Shown here: positions 62,199 to 64,000 of the stretch, piece after piece | Position numbering within the stretch: position 1 is the first letter of the stretch | Layout of the letters: the number at the start of each line of letters is the position of its first letter | Origin: a bacterium | GTDB taxonomy: Bacteria; Electryoneota; JAOADG01 | Length of the DNA: 64,000 nucleotides | Direction: 5' to 3' | NCBI GenBank assembly: GCA_026417415.1 | Contig: JAOADG010000008.1 | Location: forward strand, 515,432 to 579,431 | Notes under the pieces: generated by a model | Database searches by the model: none | What the model saw: only the letters and a program-made list of their open reading frames with translations | Told to the model about the DNA's origin: nothing | Translations under genes and position numbers: made by a program

Positions 62199-64000
62199 AT
62201 GAATGAAAAATGTCAATTCAATCGTGGATTTAAAAAAGTTCCAACAAGACCTAACTTTCAAGAAATAGACCGCAAATGGCAATCCATTTGGAAAAAAAAC
62301 AGATTGTTATTTGTTACAGATGACTTACGTAAAAACGCTGAACCGTGGGTCTTTTTTGATGGACCACCAGGGACAAATGGAAGACCACATATAGGTCATA
62401 TGATGCAATCTGCTCTTAAAGATGTTTGGCCAAGATTTTGGACAATGCGTGGAAAACGCGTCATACGAAGAGCAGGGTGGGATACACACGGATTGCCAGT
62501 TGAGTTAACCGCAGAAAAAGAATTGAATATTGGCACAAAACGTGAAATTGAATCTTACGGTGTACAAAATTACATCAATTATTGTCGTGATACAGTTTTT
62601 CGCTATAAAAGTGATTGGGAAAATGCAATCCGAAGAATCGGTCGTGAGATTCACTTAGAAGATGCATATGCGACGTATCAACGTCCGTACATTGAAACGG
62701 GTTGGTGGTTTCTCAAAAGAGCTTGGAATACGCAACTGAATCAAAATGGTGAATTGTATTATGGTGAAAATGAACAGAATGGTTTTCGTAGATTACTTTA
62801 CCGCGCTGATCGAATCATGCCTTATTGTTGTAGATGTGGCACTCCTTTATCCAACTTTGAGGTTAGTCAAGGTTATAAAACAACAACAGATATTACTTTA
62901 TTTGTAAAGTTTCCTTTAGTAAACCAACAAGATACCTTCTTTGTTGCATGGACAACGACTGCTTGGACGCTTTTATCCAATATGGCTTTAGCCGTAGGTC
63001 CCGAAATTGAATATGTAACTTTATTACTAACTCAGGATTCAGAGGTAGGGAAAAAGGGCGAAAAACTTATTATAGCAAAAGAACGGATAAGTTCACTTGA
63101 AAAGTTTTTTCCAAACTATAAAATCATTGAAACAAAGCTCGGAAAAGAATGGGAAAACACACCTTATATACCATTATGGGATTGGCAAACCAAACAAGTT
63201 AGAAATGTAAAACAACATATCGTTGTTTCCGATACTTATGTATCTACTGAGGACGGAACTGGAATAGTTCATCTTGCTCCTTATGGAGAAGATGATTTAC
63301 GGATTCTACGGAAGTTGAGCATTCAGTATTTTTTAGCAGTGAATGAAGATGGTATCGTTGAAGATTTTGTACCTGAATTCCAAAAACGTTATTTCAAAGA
63401 AGTCAATGAAAAAGGTGATTGCCTTCTTGATATAGAGATATTAAAAAATCTTCTCCAAAAAGGACTACTTCTGGCTAAAGAAAAAGTTGATCATGAATAT
63501 CCTTTCTGTTATCGTTGTGACACTCCCCTGATGTATTTTCCACGTAAAGGTTGGTTTTTACGAATGAGTGATTTGCGGGAAAGGTTATTGCAAGCCAATG
63601 AATTAATCCGATGGCAACCTCCTCATATCAAAGAAGGACGATTTGGGAATTGGTTGGAAAATGTGAATGACTGGAATTTTACCAGAGAACGTTATTGGGG
63701 AAGTCCTTTACCCATTTGGTCGAACAAGAGGGTAGGAGATGATGAAAAGTTCCTTTGTATTGGTTCTTTTGAAGAATTAAAACGATATAGCACTACTGTT
63801 TTAGAGGATGATTTTGATTTACATAAGCCTGGAATTGACTTAGTTGAGTTAAAAAATCCATACACAGGTGAATTGTATTATCGTGAGAATTTTGTTTTGG
63901 ATAGCTGGTTTGATGCTGGAATCATGCCTTGGGGTCAATGGGGTTACCCTTACTTTGAAGGATCTATTGAAAAAATTGATGGCGTCGATAAACAATATCC
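62199..64000 (+). CDS. ileS: Isoleucine--tRNA ligase (type 2), 5'-portion only; continues beyond the window
   Basis: ATG 62199; PPGTNGRPHIGHMMQSALKDVWPRFWTMRGKRVIRRAGWDTHGLPVE (HIGH region). Absent from the ORF track because no stop lies in the window. Confidence 0.8.
   Translation, partial: MNEKCQFNRGFKKVPTRPNFQEIDRKWQSIWKKNRLLFVTDDLRKNAEPWVFFDGPPGTNGRPHIGHMMQSALKDVWPRFWTMRGKRVIRRAGWDTHGLPVELTAEKELNIGTKREIESYGVQNYINYCRDTVFRYKSDWENAIRRIGREIHLEDAYATYQRPYIETGWWFLKRAWNTQLNQNGELYYGENEQNGFRRLLYRADRIMPYCCRCGTPLSNFEVSQGYKTTTDITLFVKFPLVNQQDTFFVAWTTTAWTLLSNMALAVGPEIEYVTLLLTQDSEVGKKGEKLIIAKERISSLEKFFPNYKIIETKLGKEWENTPYIPLWDWQTKQVRNVKQHIVVSDTYVSTEDGTGIVHLAPYGEDDLRILRKLSIQYFLAVNEDGIVEDFVPEFQKRYFKEVNEKGDCLLDIEILKNLLQKGLLLAKEKVDHEYPFCYRCDTPLMYFPRKGWFLRMSDLRERLLQANELIRWQPPHIKEGRFGNWLENVNDWNFTRERYWGSPLPIWSNKRVGDDEKFLCIGSFEELKRYSTTVLEDDFDLHKPGIDLVELKNPYTGELYYRENFVLDSWFDAGIMPWGQWGYPYFEGSIEKIDGVDKQY

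Overview
This 64-kb window is AT-rich, densely coding chromosomal DNA. It most likely comes from a member of the Bacteroidota / FCB group that has a type IX secretion system (T9SS). Four large secreted proteins end in Por/T9SS-type C-terminal sorting domains (YPNPFN ... GIYF ... LLK). The window also carries a type III glutamine synthetase, a short (296 aa) primary sigma factor, a single-subunit cytochrome b SdhC and a type-2 (eukaryote-like) IleRS. I call about 60 protein genes, a tRNA-Val/Asp/Phe cluster fused to an rplU-rpmA operon, and several clear rho-independent terminators. No CRISPR array, integrase, transposase or other mobile-element signature is visible.

Most genes are housekeeping:
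- Envelope and energy: kdsD-kdsA, an LptD-like protein, sdhCAB, tatC, rarA, recO.
- Information processing: asd, thrS, ileS, rpoD, trmJ.
- Transport and metal handling: copA, mntP, a nupC-family transporter, a sodium:solute symporter.
- Secreted hydrolases and other T9SS cargo: an HExxH metalloprotease, an M14 carboxypeptidase, an S8 subtilase and an FN3-containing protein.

The best candidates for an undescribed system are:
1. A tightly overlapping operon directly downstream of sdhCAB: three membrane-anchored GT2 glycosyltransferases (ceramide-glucosyltransferase / HpnI-like), a NodB-type polysaccharide deacetylase and a flippase-like (UPF0104 / MprF-TM-like) membrane protein. This looks like a glycolipid or short amino-sugar exopolymer pathway.
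2. An EF-G paralogue whose GTPase motifs are degenerate. Switch II reads DTPGF instead of DxPGH, and G4 reads NCLD instead of NKxD.
3. A rubredoxin gene translationally coupled (ATGA overlap) to a Cu(I) P1B-ATPase.
4. A CpxP/Spy/ZraP-like periplasmic protein with an unusual Cys/Pro/Gly/Trp C-terminal tail.

All calls are from reading the sequence. No database search was run.
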